A stretch of DNA of 59,175 nt from Acutalibacteraceae bacterium. Lineage in GTDB: Bacteria; Bacillota; Clostridia; Oscillospirales; Acutalibacteraceae. The DNA is taken from the NCBI GenBank assembly GCA_045590875.1, contig JAZNRT010000048.1:1-59175 (forward strand). The letters run 5' to 3'. The number at the start of each line of letters is the position of its first letter. Position 1 is the first letter of the stretch. Below are positions 45,407-54,717 of the stretch, piece by piece. The position numbers and the translations under genes were made by a program. The notes below the pieces were generated by a model, which was given only the letters and a program-made list of their open reading frames with translations, was not told the DNA's origin and searched no databases.

Positions 45407-47518
45407 ATGATATTGATAATTGCCGAAAAGCCAAGCCTTGCCCGTAATATTGCCGATGCAATTGGGAAATTACAGCGGCGGCAAGGCTATTTGGAGGGCG
45501 AGGGCTATATAGTCACCTGGGCGTTTGGACATTTATTTTCCCTTTGTGATATAGAGGATTACACAGGGCCTACCTCTACGGGTCGTTGGTCTATGGAAAA
45601 CATTCCCTGCTTTCCCGAAAGCTTTAATTTTAAGCTTCGACGGGGTGCCGGTGGGGAAGAGGATGCAGGTGTATCCCGCCAGTTTGGAGTAATTAAAGAC
45701 CTTTGCAATAGAGCAGATGTAGAAAAAATAGTAAACGCAGGAGACGCAGACCGCGAGGGTGAAATTATAATTCGTTTGTGTATTACCAATGCACTAAAAA
45801 CCGAGAAGCCTCAATTCAGACTTTGGCTACCCGACCAAACTCCCGAAACCATACGGTCAGCGTTAAGGGATATGAAGCCGGCGCAAGAATATGTTTCATT
45901 AGCAGACGAGGGCTATGCCCGTACATATATCGACTGGCTCTACGGTGTAAATCTCACTCGCTATGCCACCTTAAAAACAGGAACTCTGCTTCGTGTAGGC
46001 AGGGTGATTATACCCATTGTAAAGGCAATTTACGACAGAGATATGGCAATTCGAAACTTCACCCCCGAAACCTATTTTACCCTTTTCAGTGCAGAAGAAA
46101 CAAAGGGGGAAAAGGTAGAGCTTCAGAGCAAAATAAAATTAGATAAAAACAAAAAGGCTCAGATTGCCGAAATGCAAAGAAAATATAACGAGGCTGAGGC
46201 AAAGGTTACGGATAAAAAAACTAAAAAGGATACCCTTAAGCCTCAAAAGCTTTTCTCTCTTTCAAAGCTTCAGAATCTGCTTGGCAAAAAATATAAAATG
46301 TCTATGGACCAAAGCTTAAAAATAGTGCAAAAGCTTTACGAAGAGGGTTATCTTACCTATCCCAGAACCAACTCGGAATATCTTGCAACTGCAGAAAAGG
46401 ATAAAATTAAAAAAATCCTATCAGGCGTTGCGGCACTTGGATATCCTGTAAAATTCAAGGACAGTAAATCTATTTTCGACGATAAAAAGATAGAATCCCA
46501 CTCAGCCCTTACCCCAACCTATAAAATTCCTAAAAAAGAGCACCTTTCCCCTGAGGAGTTTCAGGTTTACAGCACAGTTCTCCGCCGTTTTGTTGCAGTT
46601 TTCTGCAGTGAGGAATGTGTGGCGCAAAAAACCGAGATAACAATAAAGCTGGGAGAGCTTGAGGAATTTACCCTAAAGGGCACGGTGATTTTAGAAAAGG
46701 GCTGGACAAAATACGACGACTACACTCAAAAGGATAAAATTTTGCCAAGTCTCGAAATTGATGACCTTGTTAATACGGATTTTAAACCAAAGGAAAAGCA
46801 GACAACACCACCCAAGCACTATACAATAGAAACCCTTAACAACTATCTTAAAAATCCGTTTAAAGAGGATAAACAACAGGCGGCAGAGACGGCTGCTGAT
46901 ACCTACGAAGAAGATGACACTGAGGATTACCGCGCTATTTTCGAGGGCTTGGAGCTAGGAACCGAGGCAACAAGAACAGGCATTATAGATAATGCCAGAA
47001 AAAGCGGGTATATAGAGCTTAAAAAGGATGTTTATCATATCCTTTCAGGGGGCGAATACCTTATAGAATCCTTAAGACGTATGAATATTTCTATGGATAA
47101 ATATAAAACCAGCACCTTGGGTCAGGCGCTAAAAAAGGTGTTTCGCGGTGAGCTTTCGGTTATGGGCAGCGTAGAGCTGGCAAAGGCGGAAATAGGGGAG
47201 GTTTTTCGAAGGGAAGAAGAAGCCCTTGAAACCGATACCGACGATGGCTTTTACGGTGATGAGGTAGGCGTTTGTCCACTTTGCGGCAAGCAGGTCTTAA
47301 AGGGCAGATATGGCTACGGTTGTTCAGGCTGGAGAGAGGGCTGTAAATTTAAAATTTCGGGTGTAATATGTCAGCGCGTAATTTCAATAGCCAATGCAAG
47401 AATGTTGCTTAAAGAGAAAAAGACCGCAAAAATAAAAGGCTTTATTTCCAAAAACGGCAAGCCTTTTGACGCATCTTTGCGTTTAGAGGGCGACCGCGCT
47501 GTTTTTGATTTCAATTAG
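45407..47518 (+). CDS. topB: DNA topoisomerase III
   Basis: TOPRIM N-terminus ILIIAEKPS, DxDxEGE, catalytic Tyr context GYLTYPRTNS, C-terminal zinc ribbon CPLCG...GCSGW..GC. Confidence 0.9.
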   Translation: MILIIAEKPSLARNIADAIGKLQRRQGYLEGEGYIVTWAFGHLFSLCDIEDYTGPTSTGRWSMENIPCFPESFNFKLRRGAGGEEDAGVSRQFGVIKDLCNRADVEKIVNAGDADREGEIIIRLCITNALKTEKPQFRLWLPDQTPETIRSALRDMKPAQEYVSLADEGYARTYIDWLYGVNLTRYATLKTGTLLRVGRVIIPIVKAIYDRDMAIRNFTPETYFTLFSAEETKGEKVELQSKIKLDKNKKAQIAEMQRKYNEAEAKVTDKKTKKDTLKPQKLFSLSKLQNLLGKKYKMSMDQSLKIVQKLYEEGYLTYPRTNSEYLATAEKDKIKKILSGVAALGYPVKFKDSKSIFDDKKIESHSALTPTYKIPKKEHLSPEEFQVYSTVLRRFVAVFCSEECVAQKTEITIKLGELEEFTLKGTVILEKGWTKYDDYTQKDKILPSLEIDDLVNTDFKPKEKQTTPPKHYTIETLNNYLKNPFKEDKQQAAETAADTYEEDDTEDYRAIFEGLELGTEATRTGIIDNARKSGYIELKKDVYHILSGGEYLIESLRRMNISMDKYKTSTLGQALKKVFRGELSVMGSVELAKAEIGEVFRREEEALETDTDDGFYGDEVGVCPLCGKQVLKGRYGYGCSGWREGCKFKISGVICQRVISIANARMLLKEKKTAKIKGFISKNGKPFDASLRLEGDRAVFDFN

Positions 47519-47589
47519 GGTAACGGCTTCGGATTATCTAGCTGCAAAGGAAATTCAAAGAGCTTTGCTTATAACATCGAGGTGATATT

Positions 47590-48078
47590 TTGCAAAACAC
47601 AACACTGTGTTATATCGAAAAGGATAATAAATATTTAATGCTCCACCGAGTAAAAAAGGAAAATGACCTTAATCGGGATAAATGGGTAGGAATTGGCGGA
47701 AAGTTTTTGTTTGGCGAAAGCCCTGAGGAATGCATTTTAAGAGAAGCAGAGGAAGAAACGGGGCTTACCCTCACGGAATATAAATATCGCGGAATAGTTA
47801 CCTTCCTTTCAGATAAATGGGGCGGAGAATATATGCACCTGTTTTCGGCGTATAAATTCAGTGGCAGCGTAAAGGAATGTGACGAGGGAAACTTAGAATG
47901 GGTAGAAAAATCAGAGGTTGAAAATCTGCCTATCTGGGCGGGAGATAAGATATTTCTGCGCTTAATTTCCGACCCCGACACCCCTTTCTTTTCCTTAAAG
48001 CTTGAATATAAAGGCGAGGAGCTAATAAAAGCAGTGCTGAACGGCAAAAATATTGATATAAGCGAGGCAACAAAATGA
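47590..48078 (+). CDS. NUDIX hydrolase (MutT-like)
   Basis: Complete Nudix box GGKFLFGESPEECILREAEEETGL. TTG start 6 nt after GAGGTG. Confidence 0.85.
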   Translation: MQNTTLCYIEKDNKYLMLHRVKKENDLNRDKWVGIGGKFLFGESPEECILREAEEETGLTLTEYKYRGIVTFLSDKWGGEYMHLFSAYKFSGSVKECDEGNLEWVEKSEVENLPIWAGDKIFLRLISDPDTPFFSLKLEYKGEELIKAVLNGKNIDISEATK

Positions 48079-48608
48079 ATATATGCGTATATGGTGCGGC
48101 ATCTCCCGACGTGCCGCAGGAAATGATAGAAAAAACCGAAGAGCTGGGCAAGTTTTTAGCAACTCGCGGTCATAGGGTAGTTTTTGGAGGAGGCGCCAAT
48201 GGAATGATGGGCGCTATCGCTAGAGGAGCAAGGGCTGAAAGCGGCGAGATTATAGGTATTGTACCTAAGTTTTTCAATGTCGACGGTGTGCTTTTCAACG
48301 ATTGCACAGAAATATTCTTTACCGAAACTATGCGTGAACGCAAACAGCTTATGGAGGAAAAGTCAGCAGCCTTTATAGTAACCCCCGGTGGCATAGGCAC
48401 CTTCGACGAGTTTTTTGAAATTCTCACCCTGCGCTCCCTTGGCAGACATAATAAGCCTATTGCGGTTTTTAATGTAGGCGGATACTATAATGCAATGGAA
48501 ACAATGCTGGATAAAGCTATAGAAGGCGGATTTATGAAACCTGCCGCAAAGGAGCTTTGCGGATTTTTCCAAGAGCCTCAGGCTTTGGTGGCTTATTTAG
48601 AGGGTTAG
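48075..48608 (+). CDS. LOG-family nucleotide 5'-monophosphate N-glycosidase (TIGR00730-type)
   Basis: GGGANGMMG and PGGIGTFDEFFE motifs. The ATG overlaps the NUDIX stop (ATGA). Confidence 0.85.
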   Translation: MNICVYGAASPDVPQEMIEKTEELGKFLATRGHRVVFGGGANGMMGAIARGARAESGEIIGIVPKFFNVDGVLFNDCTEIFFTETMRERKQLMEEKSAAFIVTPGGIGTFDEFFEILTLRSLGRHNKPIAVFNVGGYYNAMETMLDKAIEGGFMKPAAKELCGFFQEPQALVAYLEG

Positions 48609-48827
48609 GGTAACGAGAGTTGAACACATTGCGGTTTCTCTCGTCGCCTTTTCCCGCCTTTCTTGCGCTTATTTTTGTAAGGCGAAACGCCTACAAATGA
48701 CGACAAGCCAAAAAGTGCCGAAATTATGCTTATTTTGGGAAGGTTCGGATTATTCGTGTTTGCTTATAACGGCTATACTGCAAAAGTTGAGGATATGAAG
48801 AGTGTAAAATAAATATAGGAGTATTTT

Positions 48828-50051
48828 ATGAAGAGTGATATATTAAAAAGCTATGCCGAGCTTATAGTTAAGGTTGGCATAAATTTAAAGCCACAGCAAG
48901 AGGTGGTAATACGCGCAGATTTAGATCAGCCCGAATTTGTAAAAACGGTGGTAGAAGAGGCATATCTTTCAGGTGCAAGCAAGGTTGAGGTTGAATGGAG
49001 CTATCAGCCCTTAACAAAAATCCACGTAGAGCATCGTAGTGAAGAGGTGCTACAAAGGGTTGAGGATTATGAGGTAGCAAAATTAGAGCACCGCAAAAAC
49101 ACCCTGCCAGCTATGATTTATCTGCTGTCGGAGGACCCCGACGGCTTAAACGGTATCAATCGGGAAAAGCAGGCTTTACAGGTGGCAGCGCGATACAAAA
49201 AATTAAAGCCCTTGCAGGATGAAATGGAAAATAAATATCAGTGGTGCATAGCGGCTGTGCCGGGTAAAGCGTGGGCGAAAAAGATGTTCCCAAAGCTTTC
49301 GCAAGAGGAGGCAGAGGAAAAGCTTTGGCAAGCAATTCTCTATACCTCCCGTGCTGAGGGCAATGCCATTCTTAATTGGGAAAACCATAATAAAACCTTA
49401 AAAAACAAGTGTGATTATCTTAATAGTCTTAATCTTCGTGCTTTGGAATTTAAAAGTGCCAACGGCACCGATTTGCGGGTTGGTCTAATGGAAAACGCAC
49501 TGTTTTTAGGCGGAGGTGAATACACCCTTTCGGGCAATTTCTTTAACCCCAATATTCCCTCAGAGGAAGTGTTTATAACCCCAAAGCGGGGAGAGGCAGA
49601 GGGCATAGTATATTCCTCCCGACCCCTTTGCTATAGAGGTGAGCTTATTGAGGATTTTTACATCCGATTTGAAGGCGGCAGAGCAGTAGAGGCAAGGGCG
49701 AAGAAAAACGAAGAGCTACTGAATATTTTAATCAATATGGATGAGGGCTCTCATTATTTGGGCGAATGTGCCTTAGTGCCCTATGATTCCCCTATTCGTA
49801 GAAGCGGACTTCTGTTTTATAACACTCTTTTCGACGAAAATGCCGCCTGTCACTTAGCACTTGGCGAGGGCTTTTCAAACTGTATTAAAGATTATGAGAA
49901 ATATACTTTGGAGGAATGCCGAAAAATGGGTGTAAACGAATCGATGGTGCATGAGGATTTTATGATAGGTACCGAGGATATGGAGATTTTCGGCATCACT
50001 GAAAGCGGCGAAAAAATAGAAATTTTCAAAAACGGCAACTGGGCTGAATAA
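48828..50051 (+). CDS. M29-family aminopeptidase (AmpS/PepS-like)
   Basis: 407 aa. YAELIVKVGINLKPQQ N-terminus; C-terminal ...CHLALG....HEDFM motif region. Confidence 0.85.
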   Translation: MKSDILKSYAELIVKVGINLKPQQEVVIRADLDQPEFVKTVVEEAYLSGASKVEVEWSYQPLTKIHVEHRSEEVLQRVEDYEVAKLEHRKNTLPAMIYLLSEDPDGLNGINREKQALQVAARYKKLKPLQDEMENKYQWCIAAVPGKAWAKKMFPKLSQEEAEEKLWQAILYTSRAEGNAILNWENHNKTLKNKCDYLNSLNLRALEFKSANGTDLRVGLMENALFLGGGEYTLSGNFFNPNIPSEEVFITPKRGEAEGIVYSSRPLCYRGELIEDFYIRFEGGRAVEARAKKNEELLNILINMDEGSHYLGECALVPYDSPIRRSGLLFYNTLFDENAACHLALGEGFSNCIKDYEKYTLEECRKMGVNESMVHEDFMIGTEDMEIFGITESGEKIEIFKNGNWAE

Positions 50052-50068
50052 AATTTTATGTACAATAT

Positions 50069-50097
50069 AAAAAAGCAAGGCGAGAGCCTTGCTTTTT
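50069..50097. terminator. bidirectional terminator between convergent genes
   Basis: AAAAAAGCAAGGC gaga GCCTTGCTTTTT. Confidence 0.7.
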
Positions 50098-50101
50098 CAG
50101 T

Positions 50102-52978
50102 TTATTTGGTTTTCTTACTTTTAACCTTAGACCAACCTGAATAAATTCTTTTGCCCTTGACGGTTTTAAAGGTGCGTATGCGAACATAGTAGGTCTTTTT
50201 CGCCTTTAATTCTTTTATGGTTTTTGATGTGGTTTTGGTTTTCTTTACCGTAATTTTTTTAGCGTTTTTAAACTTCTTAGAGGTGCTGTACTGAAGCTGA
50301 TAGCCTGAAGTATCCTTTTCCTGCTTCTTCCATTTCACCTTAATGCTTTTTGTTTTAGCAGTAAGCTTTGAAAGTGAGGTGGCTTTTGGGGTTATCTTGA
50401 ATGTTAAAACCTCTTTGCCTTTATACTTGCCTCTGAAATTCACAGTTACTTTGTATTCACCAATCTTTTTGCGCCCTGAGGAATATTTAACTGTGTAATC
50501 TGTGCCTTTAATAAGCTTTTGACCCTTTGTGTTTTTCACTGTAACGGTGGGCTTTCGTGATTTCCCGTTATAAGTGTAAGAGGTTTTTGAGAGCTTAACT
50601 GATTTTATTTTCCTTATAGTGCTGTTGGAGATGTTGCCGCATACCGAACAGGCTTTTTCTAGATTTCCTGCCGATTTCATTGTGGCTTTTTTAGTTATCT
50701 TTTCGGTGTAGGAGTGACCCAGAGCGGAGATAATCTGCTGTTTTTCTAAAACTGTGCCACAAACTCCGCAGCTTAAGCCCTCGCTTTTTCCAGGTGTTGT
50801 GCAGGTGGGCGGGGTGGTAGAAACCACAACTGCGGTGTGGGGAGTAGTTTCTTTATTACTAAGCTTTATTCCTCCACACTGATTGCAAACCGATTTGACC
50901 TGACCCTCATTTTTGCAGGTGGCATTTGTGAGTATAGTTTCGGAGAGGGTAGGGTGTGTGCAATTTTTAAAGTTAAGGTCTTCGGTAGCGCCCACAGTAA
51001 CATTAAGGGTAGTTTCCTTGCCGCCAAAGGCAATAGTAACTATTTGTTTGCCCACAGCTTGTGAATTGAAACCCTTTATCTGGAAACCGTCGGTAATAGT
51101 TTTTTTGGTGCCGTCGCTGTAAGATGCGGTGAGGGTAAGACCAACAGAGTTAAAGGCTTGCCTCACAGAATAAAGGGTAATGGGTTTGGTCGCAACAGTT
51201 ACATCAGTCACTTTAGGTGCAGTGCTTTCCCACACAGCATATAGCACACTTATACAATTTCCCTTAACGGCATTTGGATTTATGCTTGAGGAAAGCAAAT
51301 TTTTATCATCTTGGCTAAATACTGTGCCGCCTTGTGGCTTGGTGCTCCAGCCCTTAAAAGTATAGCCGTCGCGAACAAGTCCAAAGGTGGATGCATTGTT
51401 AAGTCCATTTGATTTTTTTGCACCGTATGTCCACACTTGATTGTGTTTTTTACCGTCGGCCACCTTGTAAATCATATTATTGGAAAGTGTATGCTTGTCC
51501 TTTTTGAGTGTACCGCCGTTTGCATTATAATAAACGATGAGCTTGTGTGGGGACCAAACCGGGTAGAAGGTAATGGTATCGTTTGTGGTGGCGTTAGCAA
51601 ACCAAGATTTGTTGAACGTATAGCCTATGCCGCTTTTATAAACGCTTTTCTTATAGCCAAAAAGGTTGATTTCTTCTTGGGTTTTCCAGCCAACACCTGC
51701 GCAGTACCAAGTTCTATCGGAATTTCGGTAGGCATTCCAACCACCGAAAAGATTGCCCACCTTAGTAAAGGTGTTGGGACTTAAAGTAAGGATATCGCTG
51801 TATTTGGCGGTGGTCCCCGTCATGTTGCCGATGCCACCGTTTGAGTTGTAGTTAATTTTAAGACTTAGCGCCGAAAGAGGTATCCAGGCGGCTCTGTAAT
51901 AGCCCCCTGAAACGGGGTAAAGCAGTTGTGCCGCCACCGAGTTGTGATCCACAATAAATGAAACATCACCTTGGGCGGTATAGCCGATTTCTTCTTTCAG
52001 GTCACCGCGAGCGTAGGTTTCAATAAGCCTGTCCGCCTTTATGCTAAAGGCGTTGTAATCAGGATTAAAGAAAACAGAGGTCTTAACATATCCCTGGGTG
52101 TTCTTCCCGCCTGACTGGGGATATGTAACCTTGCACCAACCATTGCTTAAAAGCTCGGTTATATAGCAAATGTCATTTCCACCGATTTTTTGCGGCTTTG
52201 CCTTTCCGCCCACCGATTCGTAGGCTACGGTGTCCTGACCCGATAGGGTGATTGCTTTTATTGAATTTGGGAAGCTCACCTCAGGCCTACCTAGGCATTC
52301 ACTGCAATTTGGTATAGTCTTGCTGTTACCTGTATAGTAATAATAACCGCAAGAGGAGCATTTGTTATACTGATTGTGTGGGTGGTCACTGTCGTAGCCC
52401 GATACATAACTGTGGTTGTGGGATTCTGCAAGGGAATAGGGGGCAATTGCAACCGAGGTAAAGGATTCCTTTAGCCTCGATTTAGTCATTGTGGCACCCC
52501 AACGGATAACACAGTTGTTCTGATAATTGCAATCGGCATAGGTTATGGTATCACCGCTTACACCGTATACAAATGCAGAGTGGCCGTTAAAATTATAACG
52601 GATTACATCGCCGGGCTTTAAAGAGGTGTCTATATAGTTTTTATCATAAGAAACATTCCATTGAATATAGGGCTCGCCGCCGTATGCGGTATATGCCAGC
52701 TGAAAAGCAAAGCCCATACATTGAATGGCATAGTTTTTGTATGTGTTGCAACCGCAGGAGCCGTTGTAGGTGCATTCGTTTCTGTGATGTGTGCAAGGGG
52801 TGGAGGTGTAGCTCTCAGAATTCCCGCCGTTCCAAAACTTTCCGTGAGGATATTTTTCCTGCATATCCGAAAGGCTCATAACCGCCGCATGTGTTTCGGT
52901 TAAAACATATGGACAAAAGGGAAGCAGAAAGGCAAAACAAAGCAAAACTGATATAATTCTTACAACTTTTTTGCTCAT
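50102..52978 (-). CDS. large secreted multidomain protein: papain-like (CHAP/NlpC-type) amidase, SH3-like domain, Listeria-Bacteroides (Flg_new) repeats, Ig-like domain, Cys/His repeat modules, Lys-rich Ig/Fn3-like C-terminus
   Basis: Signal peptide MSKKVVRIISVLLCFAFLLPF. QCMGFA...GHSAFV Cys/His pair. GWNAY / GYTFKGW / FYPVW repeats. C..C modules. A C-terminal ~200 aa very rich in Lys. The ATG at 52978 lies 7 nt after AAGGAGA. Confidence 0.8.
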   Translation of the reverse strand: MSKKVVRIISVLLCFAFLLPFCPYVLTETHAAVMSLSDMQEKYPHGKFWNGGNSESYTSTPCTHHRNECTYNGSCGCNTYKNYAIQCMGFAFQLAYTAYGGEPYIQWNVSYDKNYIDTSLKPGDVIRYNFNGHSAFVYGVSGDTITYADCNYQNNCVIRWGATMTKSRLKESFTSVAIAPYSLAESHNHSYVSGYDSDHPHNQYNKCSSCGYYYYTGNSKTIPNCSECLGRPEVSFPNSIKAITLSGQDTVAYESVGGKAKPQKIGGNDICYITELLSNGWCKVTYPQSGGKNTQGYVKTSVFFNPDYNAFSIKADRLIETYARGDLKEEIGYTAQGDVSFIVDHNSVAAQLLYPVSGGYYRAAWIPLSALSLKINYNSNGGIGNMTGTTAKYSDILTLSPNTFTKVGNLFGGWNAYRNSDRTWYCAGVGWKTQEEINLFGYKKSVYKSGIGYTFNKSWFANATTNDTITFYPVWSPHKLIVYYNANGGTLKKDKHTLSNNMIYKVADGKKHNQVWTYGAKKSNGLNNASTFGLVRDGYTFKGWSTKPQGGTVFSQDDKNLLSSSINPNAVKGNCISVLYAVWESTAPKVTDVTVATKPITLYSVRQAFNSVGLTLTASYSDGTKKTITDGFQIKGFNSQAVGKQIVTIAFGGKETTLNVTVGATEDLNFKNCTHPTLSETILTNATCKNEGQVKSVCNQCGGIKLSNKETTPHTAVVVSTTPPTCTTPGKSEGLSCGVCGTVLEKQQIISALGHSYTEKITKKATMKSAGNLEKACSVCGNISNSTIRKIKSVKLSKTSYTYNGKSRKPTVTVKNTKGQKLIKGTDYTVKYSSGRKKIGEYKVTVNFRGKYKGKEVLTFKITPKATSLSKLTAKTKSIKVKWKKQEKDTSGYQLQYSTSKKFKNAKKITVKKTKTTSKTIKELKAKKTYYVRIRTFKTVKGKRIYSGWSKVKSKKTK

Positions 52979-53028
52979 ATATATCTCCTTCAAGAGTGGC
53001 ATTAACATAATATAGTGTATACATTTTT

Positions 53029-53057
53029 AATATACCATATTCCTCAAAATTAGTCAA
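53029..53057 (-). promoter_or_regulatory. sigma-A-type promoter of the large secreted protein gene
   Basis: On the minus strand: TTGACT, 17 nt, TATATT. Confidence 0.5.
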
Positions 53058-53127
53058 TAAACGACAAGGCTCGTAACACAAAAAAAGAACTACCCGAAGA
53101 GGCGCACTCCGTAAGGAAGTGCGCCTC

Positions 53128-53223
53128 AGTTATATTCGCCCAAGGCGAGTTATATTGCTTCGCAGTTATATTTGGACGTTGTCCAAGTTATATTCGCTTC
53201 GCGAGTTTTATGGCGAATATAAT
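53128..53223 (+). repeat. internal array: 5 units of AGTTATATT, each followed by a short GC hairpin
   Basis: 9-mers at 53128, 53148, 53164, 53186 and 53204 (the last is degenerate). Closed by GGCGAATATAAT at 53212-53223. Confidence 0.8.
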
Positions 53224-53414
53224 ACAACTGAAACTGAAAGTTTCAATATCACTTTCCTTTTTAAAATATCTCGCCACAGGCGAGGAATTTTAAAAAGAAA
53301 ATATCACTGTGAGACCCGTCTCACAATATCACTAATATTTTTATCTCTGAGATAGGTATAAATTCAAAGTATGTAACCCACTATGACACTTTCAACTTGA
53401 AAGTGTCAATTATT

Positions 53415-53460
53415 ATGTAAAAAGAAAATTGGGAGAACACTTCTTTATAAAGTGTCTCCC
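53415..53460 (-). terminator. rho-independent terminator of the dnaK operon (minus strand), part of repeat copy 2
   Basis: GGGAGACACTT tataa AGAAGTGTTCTCCC followed by AATTTTCTTTTT on the minus strand. Confidence 0.65.
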
Positions 53461-53495
53461 AAAGAGTTTCGAGTAGTCCTATTAAAATTCACACG

Positions 53496-54641
53496 CTAGA
53501 ACAAATCCTTTAGCTTGTCGAAAAAGCTTTTCCGCTTGCCGTAGTTTTTGTCGTCGGTCTCATCGTCGAATTTTTTAAGTAGTTCCTTTTGGTCTTTGGT
53601 TAAGTTTTTAGGTACTTCCAATATGATTTTAACATACTGATCACCAAAGCCCGAATAGTTAAGCCTTTTTATGCCCTTGCCCTTAAGCTTGAATTCATCA
53701 CCGGGCTGGGTGCCCTCGTGAATAGTGAATTTAACCTTGCCGTCTAAGGTTGGCACAGTTATTTCATCGCCTAAAGCCGCTTGGGTAAAGGTAACGGGAA
53801 TTTCGCAGAAAACGTCGAAGCCGCTTCTCTCAAAGATGGCATGGGGACGAACATTTACATTAACCCTAAGGTCGCCTGCGGGACCGCCGTTTGCTCCTGC
53901 ATCACCGCCGCCGCGTATGTTGATAATCTGACCGTCATCAATTCCTGCAGGAATGTCGATTTTCCGTTCGATTGCCCTGCGAACTCTGCCCTTACCGCCA
54001 CAAGAACGGCAGGGATTGTCAATAATCTTACCCGTACCATGACAGTGGTCACAAACGCGGGAGGTTTGCATAGCGCCAAAGGGTGTCTGCTGAGTAATTC
54101 TCACCTGACCTGTGCCTCTACAGTGGCTACAGGTTTTAGGCGAGCTGCCCTTTTCGGCACCGTTTCCTCCACAGTCGGAACAGGTTTCAATTCTTGTTAC
54201 CTTTATGGTTTTTTCACAGCCCTTTGCGGCTTCCTCAAAGGAAAGATTAACAGTGGCAGAGGTGTCATTGCCTCTTCTTGGTGCGTTGGGGTTTGAACGA
54301 GCACCGCCGCCAAAACCGCCGCCAAAAAATGAGCTGAATATATCACCTATATCACCAAAATCACCGAAACCGCCAAAACCGCCGCCACCGGCACCACCTG
54401 CGCCATAGTTGGGGTCAACTCCCGCGTGGCCGAATTGGTCGTATCGGGCACGTTTGTTCTGGTCCGACAGCACCTCATATGCTTCACCTGCTTCTTTAAA
54501 GTGGGCTTCTGCTTCGGCATCTCCCGGATGCAGGTCGGGGTGATATTTTTTTGCCGCCTTACGATAGGCTTTTTTTATTTCATCTTCGCTGGCACTGCGG
54601 TCTACACCCAGCACCTCGTAGTAGTCTTTCTTGTCAGCCAA
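53496..54641 (-). CDS. dnaJ: molecular chaperone DnaJ
   Basis: J-domain with HPD, G/F-rich region, four CxxCxGxG zinc-finger repeats. Apparent TTG start after GAGGAG. Confidence 0.93.
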   Translation of the reverse strand: MADKKDYYEVLGVDRSASEDEIKKAYRKAAKKYHPDLHPGDAEAEAHFKEAGEAYEVLSDQNKRARYDQFGHAGVDPNYGAGGAGGGGFGGFGDFGDIGDIFSSFFGGGFGGGARSNPNAPRRGNDTSATVNLSFEEAAKGCEKTIKVTRIETCSDCGGNGAEKGSSPKTCSHCRGTGQVRITQQTPFGAMQTSRVCDHCHGTGKIIDNPCRSCGGKGRVRRAIERKIDIPAGIDDGQIINIRGGGDAGANGGPAGDLRVNVNVRPHAIFERSGFDVFCEIPVTFTQAALGDEITVPTLDGKVKFTIHEGTQPGDEFKLKGKGIKRLNYSGFGDQYVKIILEVPKNLTKDQKELLKKFDDETDDKNYGKRKSFFDKLKDLF

Positions 54642-54679
54642 AGTTGTACGCTCCTCACGTAGTATAAGTAACGGCTAGA

Positions 54680-54705
54680 GTGCAGAGCGGAATTCCACTC
54701 TGCAC
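54680..54705 (-). other. intercistronic hairpin between dnaK and dnaJ (possible partial terminator or processing site)
   Basis: GTGCAGAG(T)GGAATTCC(G)CTCTGCAC palindrome. No clear T-run. Confidence 0.4.
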
Positions 54706-54717
54706 CTTGCATCACAA

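Larger units (their letters stand above)
53101..53460 (+). repeat. copy 2 of the ~350-nt structured intergenic repeat
   Basis: Collinear with 27019-27361, same orientation. Contains the same ordered set of hairpins and 9-mers. Confidence 0.85.

Noticed and set aside
48609-48827. Possible riboswitch or sRNA in the 219-nt region upstream of the M29 aminopeptidase gene. Local hairpins: ACGAGAG...CTCTCGT and GGCG-AAA-CGCC.
   Set aside because: No resemblance to any riboswitch class I can recall, and no clear terminator/antiterminator pair. The hairpin after the LOG gene is more simply its terminator. I kept only the short-repeat observation, under the NUDIX-LOG finding.
53119-53355. 78-aa plus-strand ORF inside repeat copy 2, and a 74-aa minus-strand ORF (26968-27192) inside copy 1.
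   Set aside because: The two copies do not conserve any reading frame: the ORFs are on different strands and there are indels between copies. Substitutions preserve base-pairing rather than codons, so the element is treated as non-coding.
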